DNA of 63,329 bases, filler included, from Octopus bimaculoides (taxonomy: Eukaryota), in the NCBI RefSeq assembly GCF_001194135.2. It is 5 parts of 5 records of this genome, joined end to end, with 100 filler letters (N's around TTAATTAATTAA, not from the genome) between each part and the next. Parts side by side here need not be neighbours in the genome. Positions count along the whole stretch, not along the records: positions 29,432 to 52,866 come from NC_069001.1; 4 more parts are not named here. The stretch is one strand, 5' to 3'. Made by a program: the position numbers and the translations under genes. The notes beneath the pieces were generated by a model. The model searched no databases, was not told the origin of the DNA, and was given only the letters and a program-made list of their open reading frames with translations. Positions 37,975 to 52,230 of this stretch are shown here, one piece after another. Within the stretch, counting starts at the first letter, position 1. Each line of letters starts with the position of its first letter.

Positions 37975-38355
37975 CATAGGTGCAGGAGTGGCTGTGTGGT
38001 AGGAAGTTTGCTTGCCTACCACAGGGTTTTGGGTTCAGTCCCGCTGTGTGGCACTTTTGGACAAATGTTTTCTACATTTCTACATATCCTTGGACCGACA
38101 AAAGCCTTGTGAGTGGATTTGATCGACAGAAACTGAGAAATTGAACGAAGTCCATTACGCTTGTGCATGCATGCATGTGTGTGTGTGTGTGTGTGTGCCA
38201 CTACCACCACTTGTTAGTTTATTTACATCCCTGTAACCGAGCAGTTCCATAATAGAGTCTGATAGAATAAGGACCAGCCTTCGCAAAAAAATAAATACCG
38301 GAGTCAGTTTATTTGATTTAAAAATTCTTCAAGGTGGTGCGCCCCAGCATGGCTA
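37975..38355 (+). mobile_element. SINE family B, near full length
   Basis: ggtgcaggagtggctgtgtggtagg..gggttcagtccc. Confidence 0.8.
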
Positions 38356-39141
38356 TAGAAAATCTGCCTGAACAAAATCCATCTGACCCATGCAAGCATG
38401 GCAAAATGGACGTTAAAACAATGACTACCACAATGATGATAATGATGATGATGATGACATCTACCCCTGTACAATCTCTTTGGAACTTCCTCAGCCAAAG
38501 AAATTCTCTTTGGCAAATATTCTATTCCGTCCCACTAAGTTAAAATGTCTGTGACTAAGAGAATGGAATTCGTGTCCTAGGATTCTGATCATGGAGAATA
38601 TTTTTCTTGGAATATTATATTACATTCAGCTTTATCCTCCTCACTGCTATTATTATTATTATTATTATTGTTGGTCCATTTGCATTGATATCGGTATCAA
38701 TGTGTCCATTGGGAAACCTGTAGGTCACAGCTATCAGATGCCTGTTACTACAGAAGCACGTCTTGGTCAGTCAGAAAACACAAAGAATTTTCTCTGACCA
38801 GTGACTCAGAGGAATGTATTGAATGTGTCCTTGGTCAAGTTTTTTCATCTTCGTTATAATGTCTCAATTATTGAGTCACTGTTTCGAGCTTTAATGTCAT
38901 TTACAGTTTCGCTTCATTTCACAATCACTTAACGAACCACCGAAAGACTGAGACAGGGACAGAGCTTTTTATGTGGTCTGTCAACCTGCTAGAAATTGCA
39001 GCTATATCATTCTTGTTTGTCCAAATCACACTTTAAATATTTCCTTCAAATCTATAGTAATAAAAGTGAAATTCTGTCTGTCTGTCTGTCTGTCCAGAAC
39101 CTTTGTATCTCAGTTCACATCTGTTCTACATGGACATATTC

Positions 39142-39290
39142 TTTTCTACTCTATACACAAGGCCCGAGATGTTTGGGAGGAGAGGGTCAGTCGATTAGAT
39201 CGACCCCAGTATGCAACTGGTACTTAATTTATCAACTCCGAAAGGATGAAAGGCAAAGCCAACTGCAGTGGGATTTGAACTCAGAACATC
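39142..39290 (-). mobile_element. SINE family A 3' part
   Basis: tcgaccccagtatgcaactggtact..aaggatgaaaggcaaag. Confidence 0.8.
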
Positions 39291-39396
39291 TACTCGGACT
39301 TGTTATACCTTTTTGGATAATAACGAGAATGATAATAGTTTGAATTTTATCCAATTTATCAAATTTTTCCAACACATACAGCCATACTTATATTCA

Positions 39397-39439
<43 letters not shown>

Positions 39440-40134
39440 CAAACAAACACACCCACACACACCACCACAAACAACAACAGGAATAACAAAATATGCTAGC
39501 CAAAACTTTGAATGGATTTATAATTCAATAGATTCTTCTATAAAAATTTCATGAATTAATTTTCACTTATAATTTTCAATACTTGAGAAAAACATCAAAA
39601 TAAAAAAAAACCTATTGTGTTATTTTTTTTTCCTCATTGATCATTTTTTCGTGCATTTATTGCAGTAAAACTGAACAATGCTTTAATAGATAGAATCAAG
39701 ATTTTTTGGGGAAAAAAACAAATAAAGTTGAATGCTCTCTAAAAGTAATACATTTTGATGGCAAATAAATTGCTGGCTTGTTTAGAAAGATCTGTTTACT
39801 TTGCAGACATTTGGTTGTGGTTTAGATTCACATGTGAAACCTAGGGTAAGAGTCTTCTTTTTCATAATCTCAGATTAACAAATTCCTCAGTGGGATTTAG
39901 TACATAGAAACTGTATGGAAGCCTCTCATGATTGAATGATTATGGTTACTTTTCAACCATAAGTGCCCAGATTCCATCCCACAGCATGGCATCTTGAGCA
40001 AAAGTCATTTCTATAGCACTGGGCTAATCCATGCTGTATGAGTGAAATTTGGTTAACAGAAACTGTATGGAAGCCTCTTGTGGTTGAATGGTTTAAGAAA
40101 ATCACATCACATCGATGATATTTAGATTGATAGG

Positions 40135-40179
<45 letters not shown>

Positions 40180-40416
40180 GTTAGGTAAAGATTCCTTGTT
40201 ATATTACTATGAATGTGGTTATTAAATAGAGTGCTCAATACATAATTTAATATAGAATTAATTTATATTTTAACATTGGCAGCATATTTTTTGCATGAGT
40301 GTTTAACAGTAACCTGAATGGGATGATTCAGCCACAAGAGCCATCATCCAAATTACACACAGATACACACACATACATGCACAAACTCACATATTTATAT
40401 ACATGCACATATATCC

Positions 40417-40477
<61 letters not shown>

Positions 40478-40673
40478 TTTATATAGATATAGATATCTAT
40501 ACATATATACATGCACACATATACATATATATATATATGTATGTATATATATATGTATGTATTTATATTATACACATACACACACACACACACACATATG
40601 TAAGTTTGGTTTACTCTCAGCCCTTGAGTCACATGGAACCATCCACTGATTGAAAATATAATATTTATGTGTG

Positions 40674-40727
<54 letters not shown>

Positions 40728-42864
40728 AGGTGCTTTATTAGAACAGTTCTGAAAAATTTCAGTTCTATCATTACTGATTGAATACCAAACAGGTGAGCCA
40801 TGTTGAATTTAAGCAGCAGAGCAGACAAAACAATGTTCTTTTCAACTTTTCACGCTCCAGTGATTTTGGTTACAAATCTCTTACATGAAGAGGGACTTGC
40901 GGCAAAGGAGAGAACAAGGGGAGAATTTAGGCATTTATTTCAAAATCCAGAGAAAACAAACCAAAAGAAGACAATGCATATCCAAAAGCGCCAACAACAA
41001 TCTATAGATTCTCATATTTTCTCAAATTCTTTATTTTATTTTAAGTTTATTTAGTATTATTTTTTGTATTTTTTCTTTCATTCTTATTTAACAAATATTT
41101 TTCTTGTATAATACTTTGGAAGGGTTCACAGTTGTTGAACATATTGTCTTATTGTTTTGATTGATTTTTATTGTTGTTGTTGTTGAAGGAGGTCTTGAAA
41201 CAAATATTAAAAATTTTAGAGATATTACACCAAATTTTCAGCAACAAATTGTTTGGGTTTCTTTCATCCCAGAATCGGTCGATGACTTCTTTTTATATTT
41301 TTTTCAATTTTTGGGTTTTTTTATTAAATTAAATTAAATTTTTTTTAAATATATTTTTTTTTATCCTTACTACAATAGTTTTAACATTTTTTTCTTATTT
41401 AATTCTATTTAACATTTTCATCCTCCTTTTCCTTTCCCCACCTCTTCTCTCATCCCCTTCACCCTACAACTGACTCCCTAAACCCCTCCAAAAGGAAAGC
41501 CACTTGTTTATCGAATTGTTTTGTTACTTTAGGGGGAAACAAAGCCAACATTTTTAAGAGGAAGGAAGGGATAGAAGGGGACAAAAACAAATTCCTGAAT
41601 TTTAATTCTCTGGAATTCAACTTCATTTTTTTTTTTGTTTTTATTTAATTTTTCTGAACAAAACACAGAAATTTATATTTCATTGGGATTCCAATTTTTG
41701 GTCCTTTTTTTCTCTTATCCCACCTCCCCTCATTTTATTTTATTTCTTTTGGCAGGGTCCCATTTTCCAGTTTCTTTTCATCTTTGTCATAAAAACCAAA
41801 ACCAAAACAGAAAAAAGCAAAACTTTTTTCGCAATATTTGTCGGCCAAGATTAACTACAAGGATCTTTCGTTCGAAAACTCTTTGTTTTAGCACTGATCA
41901 AACAAAATCCAGTTTGTGAACTCAATTCTGACAGAATTCTTGCAATATGTTATAATTCCAATCCATTTTTCATTCGTTCAATTATTTTTCTATTTTATTT
42001 ATTTATTCATTTTTGTGTCAGTTTATTTTTTCAATAATTCATTTATTCTTTTTTTTTTTTTTTTNNNNNNNNNNTTTTTTTTTTTTTGTTATTATTTGCC
42101 TTGTAGAAATTATTTGTCTTTTTGTTTTCATTGTTGTTACTCCACAGCAGTAAAATGGCTTTTACTTCAATGCTAATAACGAAATTATGAAACTTCCCCA
42201 CAAATCCTTCTTTTCCTCATTTACTTTCTCTCATTCTCCCCATCTTTTTCTCAGTCTTATCTTCTTCTCATCTCTCATCCTTTTCTCTCTCTCTCTCTCT
42301 CTCTCTTACACATAAACTTATACACAATCACCTATATTTATGTATACACACACATATGCATAAATACATACATATATACACACACACAATTTATATACAT
42401 ATATGTATGTTTGTGCATGTGTGTCTGTGCATATATACACTCATATATATATAGATAGATAGATAGATACATACATACATACACACAAACATGCACACAC
42501 ACATACATACACACACACCCCTCTGAAAACAAAGTAAAATAAAATAAAACACATCAAAAACCCGCCAACAATTTCAGTCTTTGATCAGTTTATTAAGATT
42601 ACTAATGGTGCCAAAAGGAAATTCCAGACATCGGACAGATTCTACCAAATTCTAATCATTTCATAGTAATATTCTTCACGTTAGATTCTACGTCCTTCTT
42701 TTGCACATCCTCGATTGGATTGTTTAGAGAGGCTGAGCTGTTTAAAATGTATACATTGGTGTATATGTTTGAGTGTGTGTGTGTGTGTGTATGTTTGTGT
42801 GTAAGGGGTGCTTGTATGACTAAGCGTTTGTATATTTTTCTGTGTATATGTATGTGTGTGCATG

Positions 42865-42897
<33 letters not shown>

Positions 42898-43389
42898 NNN
42901 NNNNNNNNNNNNNNNNNNNNNNNNNNNNNNNNNNNNNNNNNNNNNNNNNNNNNNNNNNNNNNNNNNNNNNNNNNNNNNNNNNNNNNNNNNNNNNNNNNNN
43001 NNNNNNNNNNNNNNNNNNNNNNNNNNNNNNNNNNNNNNNNNNNNNNNNNNNNNNNNNNNNNNNNNNNNNNNNNNNNNNNNNNNNNNNNNNNNNNNNNNNN
43101 NNNNNNNNNNNNNNNNNNNNNNNNNNNNNNNNNNNNNNNNNNNNNNNNNNNNNNNNNNNNNNNNNNNNNNNNNNNNNNNNNNNNNNNNNNNNNNNNNNNN
43201 NNNNNNNNNNNNNNNNNNNNNNNNNNNNNNNNNNNNNNNNNNNNNNNNNNNNNNNNNNNNNNNNNNNNNNNNNNNNNNNNNNNNNNNNNNNNNNNNNNNN
43301 NNNNNNNNNNNNNNNNACATAGACACACTTCTGTATATCCATTTATATGTATATGTGCATATATATATATATATATAAACATTTATATG

Positions 43390-43427
<38 letters not shown>

Positions 43428-43449
43428 GAGAGAGAGGGAGAAAGAGAAA

Positions 43450-43495
<46 letters not shown>

Positions 43496-43796
43496 TGTGT
43501 GGGTGGGTGTATATAGAGGATGAGAGTGTAGTATGTGCATCATCTCTTAGAAACCAAACAACGAGGCATGAAATGAAGAGCATCGATGCCAAGTTTGGTC
43601 ATTCGTATGTCTTTGAGTTTAGAGATTCTTGGAGTGGGTGAGTCCACTGGCTCCTGGATGGGGAGAATGAGTTCAATTGAAATGAGATACAGCTTCCCCG
43701 TAAACTAAATTTTGAGATTAAAGGAAGCTTCCGAAGATAATCTTATTTTTTAGTTATTTTACAGGAAATATGTGTGTATGTATGATCACACATATG

Positions 43797-43839
<43 letters not shown>

Positions 43840-44084
43840 ATGCATATAGCCACACACACATACATGTGTGTGTATATATATACCTCATCCAGTCATACAA
43901 ACACATGCTCATATACATAGAAACACAAGCACATACACACACACACACATATATATATATATATGGGTATCAACATAAACATATGCATGTATATATATGT
44001 ACATGCATACATGCTCACATACATGCATATATATCCTTGAATAAATATATAAGAACAAAACACACACGCACAGACTTTTTCTTT

Positions 44085-44844
44085 TATTTGCTTGTTTATT
44101 TCAGTCATTAGACTGTGGCCAAGCTGGGGCACCAGCTTCAAGGGTTTAGTTTAATTACATCAATCCTTGCATTTGTTTTGATTACGTTACTTATTCTGTC
44201 AGTTCCTTTTGGCCAGTCTGCTAAGTTACAGGGAAGCAAACAGACTGAGATCTGTTGTCAAACAGTTGGTGGAAGAGACAAGAAAAAGGATACAGACACA
44301 CATGCATGCCTGTGCGAACACACACACATGCAGTAAAGCAAAGTAGTAAGATCCCTAGCTTCAGTGATGTGTCTGGAAGAAACCCAACACACACATGTAC
44401 ATATGTGGATATATAGGTGTGGGTATATGGCTGTGCGGTAAAAAGCTTGCTTCCCGACCACATGGTTCCTGGTTCAGTCTCACTGCATGGCATCTTGAGC
44501 AATTGTCTTCTACTATAACCTCAGGCCGATTTAAAGCATTGCTCCAGCATGGGGGCAATCAAATGACTGAAACAAGTAAAAGAATAAAAGAATCTCATTA
44601 ATACTTGTTATTATCATTTGACCATGGCCATGCTTGGGCATCCAGCTTCAGGAGTTTAATCAAAGAAACTAACCTGATGATTTATTGTTTTTTACGTCTG
44701 GTCCCCTTATATTCTGTTGATCCCTCTTTTATGTTATGTGGATGTAAATAAACAAAAACATGACTAGGGCGAGCTGTAATGAGGATAAGCATGTGTTGGT
44801 TAATCTGTGTTTTTCTCCATTTTCTAATTATTTGCATCTATATA

Positions 44845-44878
<34 letters not shown>

Positions 44879-45030
44879 ATGAGCTTAGATACTAATTACA
44901 GTCACTAAATCCACACAATAGGCATTCGACATTTGTCTCCTGTGGACGACACTTGCTCAGTGTGCTGTGCTGCAGGACTGAACCTGAAACCATGTGACTA
45001 CAATGTAACTACCTTAACCACCCAGCCATT
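44085..45030. mobile_element. Cluster of SINE family B pieces in alternating orientation
   Basis: Minus 44085-44330, plus 44410-44590, minus 44600-44760 and 44905-45030. Confidence 0.7.
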
Positions 45031-45643
45031 CTTACACATAATATAATAATAAAATATGTGTGCGCATGCACACATACATACACACACACACATGCATATA
45101 CATACAAACACACCTGACAACCATCCGGTATGCTGCTGTGTGTGTGTGTCTGTGTTGTCATCTGGCCGTCCATTCCAACATGTGTTTACCATGCATAAGA
45201 ATGCCAACATGTTGATGCTCCCATAGGTTGCCAGGGTAAAATAGGAAATTCCTGCAATTTTATATCTCTGGGACACTTTATGAATCACTCGTATTCTCTC
45301 ATTCATTACTCATTACTCTTTGAAGAGGAATGTCACCCTATTTTGTTTTGTTTATTTCTTTGTCTTGCTTTTGTATTTGATTCTTTATTTTTTATAGGGT
45401 TTGTCACATTTTATGAATGGAAACAGTTTTTTGTTGCCAAAATAAATAAATTAAATAAATATTAAACAAAATTGAAATTCAGGAGAAATTTTAGTAGAAG
45501 AATTTTTATTTTTATTTTTTGGTTATATATATATTTTTGGTTCCCTTGTCGATTGGGGGAAAGAAGAGGAGAGTTTAAGGATCGACTGAAGTTTATTTCT
45601 AGGGTTTAAAGTCTAGTTTGTCTTATTATTATTATTATTATCT

Positions 45644-46110
45644 TAAGGTGGTGAGCTGGCAGAATCGTTAGCTCGCAGAACAAAATAAAATGCTCAGTGG
45701 TATTTGGCCCATGGCTATATTCTGCGTTCAAATTCCACCGAGGTTGACTTTGCCTTTCATCCTTTCGGTGTTGATAAATTCAGTACCAGTGAAACACTGG
45801 GGCAGACATAATCCCCTACTCCCAAATTTCAGCCCTTGTGCCTATAGTAGAAAGGATTATTATTATCGTTATTATTGTTGTTGTTGTTAAAGCAGCGAGC
45901 TGGCAGAACCGTTACCACGCTGGATGAAATGCTTAGCGGTATTTCAGCCATCGCTATGTTCTAAGTTCAAATTCTGCCAGGGTCAACTTTGCCTTCCATC
46001 CTTTCGGGGTTGATAAATTAAGTACCAGTTGAGGACTGGGGTTGAGGTAATTGATTAGTCCACTCCCCACAAATTTCAGGCCTTGTGCCTATAATAATAA
46101 GGATTATTAC
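45644..46110 (+). mobile_element. Two tandem SINE family A copies
   Basis: Heads at ~45644 and ~45890. Confidence 0.85.
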
Positions 46111-46134
46111 TATAATTATTATTATTATTATTGT

Positions 46135-46453
46135 TCAGTAGTTTTATTTTTATAACGTGCTTTCACTTCACTACCGAGCGCAGCTCTGTGTGCCTTGGGT
46201 ATGTGCTGCAGTTTGCTGTGATGCTCTGATGGTTACTGTATTGAAAGTGTTTTGCGTAGGATGTGTGCTGTGCCCAGTAGTGCAATTTTCTGTATGTTAT
46301 ATATATTTGTAAGTCCTGGTGTTTTTGTTATGTATTTGTCTGAATATTTTTTTATTATACCTAAGGCACCTACTATGATAGGAATTGTTTCTGTTTTTAG
46401 ATTCCACATTCGAGTTACCTCTATTTCCAGGTCTTTGTATTTTGAAAGTTTTT
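46135..46453 (-). pseudogene. RLE non-LTR retrotransposon 3' end (R4/Dong/NeSL-like)
   Basis: KLSKYKDLEIEVTRMWNLKTETIPIIVGALG..QKIALLGTAHILRKTL*; remainder lies in the gap. Confidence 0.85.
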
Positions 46454-48633
46454 NNNNNNNNNNNNNNNNNNNNNNNNNNNNNNNNNNNNNNNNNNNNNNN
46501 NNNNNNNNNNNNNNNNNNNNNNNNNNNNNNNNNNNNNNNNNNNNNNNNNNNNNNNNNNNNNNNNNNNNNNNNNNNNNNNNNNNNNNNNNNNNNNNNNNNN
46601 NNNNNNNNNNNNNNNNNNNNNNNNNNNNNNNNNNNNNNNNNNNNNNNNNNNNNNNNNNNNNNNNNNNNNNNNNNNNNNNNNNNNNNNNNNNNNNNNNNNN
46701 NNNNNNNNNNNNNNNNNNNNNNNNNNNNNNNNNNNNNNNNNNNNNNNNNNNNNNNNNNNNNNNNNNNNNNNNNNNNNNNNNNNNNNNNNNNNNNNNNNNN
46801 NNNNNNNNNNNNNNNNNNNNNNNNNNNNNNNNNNNNNNNNNNNNNNNNNNNNNNNNNNNNNNNNNNNNNNNNNNNNNNNNNNNNNNNNNNNNNNNNNNNN
46901 NNNNNNNNNNNNNNNNNNNNNNNNNNNNNNNNNNNNNNNNNNNNNNNNNNNNNNNNNNNNNNNNNNNNNNNNNNNNNNNNNNNNNNNNNNNNNNNNNNNN
47001 NNNNNNNNNNNNNNNNNNNNNNNNNNNNNNNNNNNNNNNNNNNNNNNNNNNNNNNNNNNNNNNNNNNNNNNNNNNNNNNNNNNNNNNNNNNNNNNNNNNN
47101 NNNNNNNNNNNNNNNNNNNNNNNNNNNNNNNNNNNNNNNNNNNGGGGGGCAGCGGCAGTATCATCCATTCCATTTTGTCTTCAGTGTCTCAGACCCTTGT
47201 GGCTAATCATCATCATCATCATCAGTAGTAGTAGCAGTGGTGGTGGTGGTATTGTCTTTTGTATTTTGTCCTCAATGTCTTGGACTCTTGTGGCCAATAA
47301 AAGAAAATGTTGCTGTTGCTGATATCATTTAGCCCAAGGTCAGACCTTTATCAAGCAGTCCTGTGATCAAAGACATTCCAAACATTACTCTCCCCTCTTT
47401 GTTTTCTTTAAGAAGTGGAAAAGTCTGTTGAGGACTATAACATCTCAATGTGTCAGTTCCCTTGTTCAAGACAGCAGGGGACGATGGGGTAGTTTGAAAG
47501 GAGATTTGGTTGCTACTTCTAGCAGTTCAAAACAACCACATAGCGACTCCTTCATTGGATGATTGCTATATACAAGAATGGAGGGTGGGGGTAGATGTTG
47601 CCTGTGTGTCTCTAATGAGCGTTTCCATTCATAAAATGTGACAAACCCTATAAAACACATAATCGAATACAATAATTTGATAACATAAAACAAAACGTAC
47701 GAGGGTGGCCTTCCCCATCAAAGAGTAATGAGTAATGAATGAGAGAATACGAGTGATTCATAAAGTGTCCCAGAGATATAAAATTGCAGGAATTTACTAT
47801 TTTACCCTGGCAACCTATGGGAGCATCAACATGTTGGCATTCTTATGCATGGTAAACACATGTTGGAATGGACGGCCAGATGACAACACAGACACACACA
47901 CACACACACACAGCAGCATACCGGACGGTCGTCAGGTGTGTATGTATGTGTATGCATGTGTGTATAAGTGCATGGATGGATGTATATCTGTGTGTATGCT
48001 TGTGCGTGTGTACACGATTGTATGAATATGCCTGTGCATGTGTGTAAGTAGATTGATGGCTGTATGTGTCTGTGTGTTTTTGAAATGGACAAATAGATAT
48101 ATATGTGCATGTATATATGCTTGAATGTGTGAGTGTGTGTGTGTGTGTGTGTGCACGTTTATATGAATATGTCTGAGCGCATGTGTGTAGGTTGACTAAT
48201 GGATGTATATGTCTTTGTTCATGCTTGTGCGTGTGTTTATATAAATGGATGAATGCACATGTGCATTTGTGTATATTGAAATTGACAAATACACAAATGT
48301 GTGTGTATATGCTCACATGTATGTACATGTGTACATTTATATGAATACATATATATATATATATTTGTTAACGTATGTAAGCATGTATGTATTGTGTGAG
48401 TGTATTGTATCAATATATGTATATATTTATATCTATCTATTTATATATATGTTTTTATAAATATATATATATTCATTTATATTTATTTATATATATTTAT
48501 TTATATATATTGTATGCTTATGTCATGTAATCTTGAATTTGTGTTTACATTTATTTACATGTGTTTACATGTAAAGATGCATATAAATATTGTTATGCAT
48601 GTGTGTGAGTCTGTGTGTCTGTGTCTGTGTGTA

Positions 48634-48678
<45 letters not shown>

Positions 48679-48779
48679 CTGTACACCACACCCCAAGATT
48701 ATTTTCTTAATGTCTGTGTCATTGTACCCTAATGTTTGTACAGTTTTGTTCCTCCTATGACTAAGAAGAAAAGAATTAA

Positions 48780-48824
<45 letters not shown>

Positions 48825-48831
48825 CATTGAA

Positions 48832-49340
48832 ATCCACGACCTGGCAGAATTGTTAGCATGCCAGGCAAAATGCTTAGTGGCATTTCATCCTTCTGTATGA
48901 TCTGAGTTCAAATTCTGCTGAGGTCGACTTTACCTTTCACCCTTTTAGGGTCAATAAAATAAGTGCCAGTTGGGCTCTGGGTGGGTGTGGGTGCCAACGT
49001 AATCAACTATCCCTCACCTGCGCAATTGCTGGCTTTGAGCCAAAATTTTTAAATCATCATCATTGTTATTATTGTTATTATTAAGGGCAGTGAGCTGGCA
49101 GAACCCTTGGCACACCGGGCGAAATGCTTAGCAGTATTTCATTTGCCACTACAGTCTGAGTTCAAATTCCGCCGAGGTCGACTTTGCCTTTTATCCTTTA
49201 GGGCTCAATGAAATAAGTACCAGTTATGCATTGGGATCCCCAAAAATTTCTGGCCTTGTATCTATAGTAGGATCCCAATGCATAACTGGTACTGTAGTGG
49301 CAGATGAAATACTGCTAAGCATTTCGCCCAGTGTGCTAAA
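48832..49340 (+). mobile_element. Two tandem SINE family A copies followed by an inverted spliced fragment of the second
   Basis: Heads at ~48832 and ~49083; 49268-49335 is the reverse complement of two parts of the second copy. Confidence 0.85.
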
Positions 49341-49560
49341 CATAACAAGCACATGATGTAACTACAACAATGGCCTCACCCTCCGCCAACTCTTTCTGGC
49401 TAATATTGTTCCTGTTTCTTGTCTCCTACAAGGATCGGCCTTCTTGGTCATCAACAGCGTCAACAAGGAAGAACCATAAAAGGAGGAAGAAATATTCGTT
49501 CTCAGACACGGAGACTCTGCCGCCACTGATGACAATGTGCGTGTGAGTGTGTCTCAGTCT

Positions 49561-49591
<31 letters not shown>

Positions 49592-50394
49592 CATGTGCGT
49601 GTGTGTGCTTGTAATATGTATTTGTGGGTGCTTCTATGTACATTTATGTGTGCATGTGAGTGTGTGTGTGTGTGTGTGATTCTGGAGGTGTGTTTGCGTG
49701 ATCCTGCATGTGTGTGTATGCCTACATGTGTGTGCTTTTGTGTGTGTGTGTGTGTGTGTGTGTGCATGTACCACTATGTGTGTGTGTAAGTGTGTGTGAT
49801 TCTGCATGTGTGTGTGTGTGTGCTTTTGTATTTGTGTATGCGCCACTCTATGTGTGCATGCGTGTGTGTGTGCATATGTACGGGTGTGTGTGTATGTGCA
49901 TCTTTGTGTGTCTGTACCCACCCTCATGTATGTATGTGTCAGGTGTTCTTGCTCTCTCTCTCTCTCTTTCCCTCACTCACACCTATATTGAAATTATCTC
50001 GACAGACGGGACTTGTGTGACTAATCAATACCTTGCTGGGGTTTTCAACATAACAACTTGATTGATTAGCTCTGCTCCCGTATAACACTCTCTGACATTA
50101 GATAACAGTTTATCAATGTGTCATTTAGCCATTATCCGGCATTTGATAGAGGCTGCATGAGGTGCCATGCCAATGTGTTTTTCAGTGCACACATATATCA
50201 TCATCATCATCATTTAACATCTGGTTTCCATGCTGGCCATAAGTGGCACAGTCTGGTAGGAACTGGCAAACCAGAGGCCCAGACCCAGATCTGCAGACAG
50301 CTTTGGCATGGTTTCTGTGGTTGGATGCTCTTGCACACACACACACACATGTAGACAGATGTATGTGTATCTACATGGATATGTGCAAATTTCT

Positions 50395-51045
50395 TTATCC
50401 TTTTACTGGTTTCAGTCATTTGGCTGTACCATGCTGGAGCACTACCTTAAAGGGATTTAGTCGAACAAATCGACCCCTGGACTTATTCTCTGTAAGCCTA
50501 GTACTTATTCTATCTGTCTCTTTTTTGTCAAAACACAAAGTTACAGGGATGTAAACACACCTACATTGGTTGTCAAGTGATGGTGGTGGTGGGGGACAAA
50601 CACAGACACACAAATGCACACATGCACAAACACACACACACACACACACACATCGTCGTTGTTGCTTAACATCCACTTTCCATGCTGGCATGGGTTGGAC
50701 GGTTTGACTGGGGACTGGCAAGCCAGGAGGCCATACCAGGCTCCAATCTGATTTGGCAAGGTTTCTACAGCTGGATGCCCTACCTAATGCCAACCACTCC
50801 CAGAGTGTAATGGGTACTTTATACGTGCCACTGGTACAGGTGCCAGCCAGGTGGCACTGGCATTGGCCTCGCTCAAATGGTGCCAGTCGCCCCCTTAAAT
50901 TAGCAGTTCAGTGTGAGAGACCAATAGAATAAGAACCAGGCTTATAAAAATATGTACTGAGATGAGTACATTTCACTAAAACCCTTCAAAGTGGTGCCCC
51001 AGCTTGGCCACAGTCTAATGACTGAAATGAATAAAAGATAGCAGA
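50395..51045. mobile_element. Inverted SINE family B tails flanking an RTE tail
   Basis: Minus 50395-50620, plus 50895-51045. Confidence 0.7.
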
Positions 51046-51347
51046 CAGAAGATATATCTAGTTTGATAGATATAAAGATAGATAGGTAGATAGATAGACA
51101 GACAGACTGACTGACTGACAGATCGAAAGAAAGAAAAACAGACGGGCAGACAGATGGACAGACAGCCTGGTAGATATGTTTAGATTGTCGTATATCCATT
51201 AACATTTACATACATATGTAAGTATGTTGTGTGTATAACAGAATGGATGTATATTTGTCTGTCCATATGCAATACACTGCTATCCATATTTACAATTCCC
51301 TTCCTCCTCAACAGCACATTAATTCAATATCCATCATCATACATATA

Positions 51348-51379
<32 letters not shown>

Positions 51380-51490
51380 CATACTGACTTGTATAATACT
51401 ATTACAAAGATTGGGATATATAACATGAATAAATGAATAAATATTGGTTTACAATATGGAAGTGGCATACAAAATTATTATCATCACACA

Positions 51491-51529
<39 letters not shown>

Positions 51530-51894
51530 TCATATAGAAATACAAACCCACACCCACACACTTACATAAAGTTATGATCAAATTTGCAAACATGTCCGCC
51601 TCATTTTTCATTTTGCTGCCATGTTCCATAACATCATTCATTTATCCGTCGATATATTACAATATATTAACAATATATGTCCATACTAGTCTGAATTTTG
51701 TGGAATGATTACGCTGGGCTGAGGCGTTCGATGTACTTCAATAGCATTTCATGTATTTTTAACCAGCAGCTACATAGCTATTCTCTGTATCAACATCAGT
51801 TTTAATTATAATGTATGAATATTAAAATAATTTTTATATTCAGTGAAATATATCAATTGTCGATAAAAGATCCTTCACTCCGTCTTTTATGTAC

Positions 51895-52197
51895 ATAGGT
51901 GCAGGCACGGCTGTGTGGTAAGAAGCTTGCTTCCCAACCATATGGTTCTGGGTTCAGTCCCCGCTGCATGACACCTTCAGCAAGTGTCTTCTACTATAGC
52001 CTTGAGCTGACCAAAGCCTTGTGAGTGGATTTGGTCGACAGAAACTGAACGAAGCCCATCATATATATATATATATATACATTTTGTTCCTTTTTGTGGA
52101 AGAGCATAGGCTCGAAACATTAAAGACTTTTTCACGTCCCGAGTGTTGTACTAATACATCTGTTTGTTGTGAATTCTCTGTTTTTGTGAATTCTCCC

Positions 52198-52230
<33 letters not shown>

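Larger units (their letters stand above)
45085..47963. repeat. Inverted duplication, arms ~45085-45423 and ~47624-47963
   Basis: Near-identical ORF translations on opposite strands (MNERIRVIHKVSQRYKIAGI..). Confidence 0.9.

Noticed and set aside
44998-45306. Duplicated ORF MNERIRVIHK... as a paralogous gene pair
   Set aside because: The identity comes from the inverted DNA duplication; the ORFs run into (CA)n/(TG)n and have no recognisable domain.
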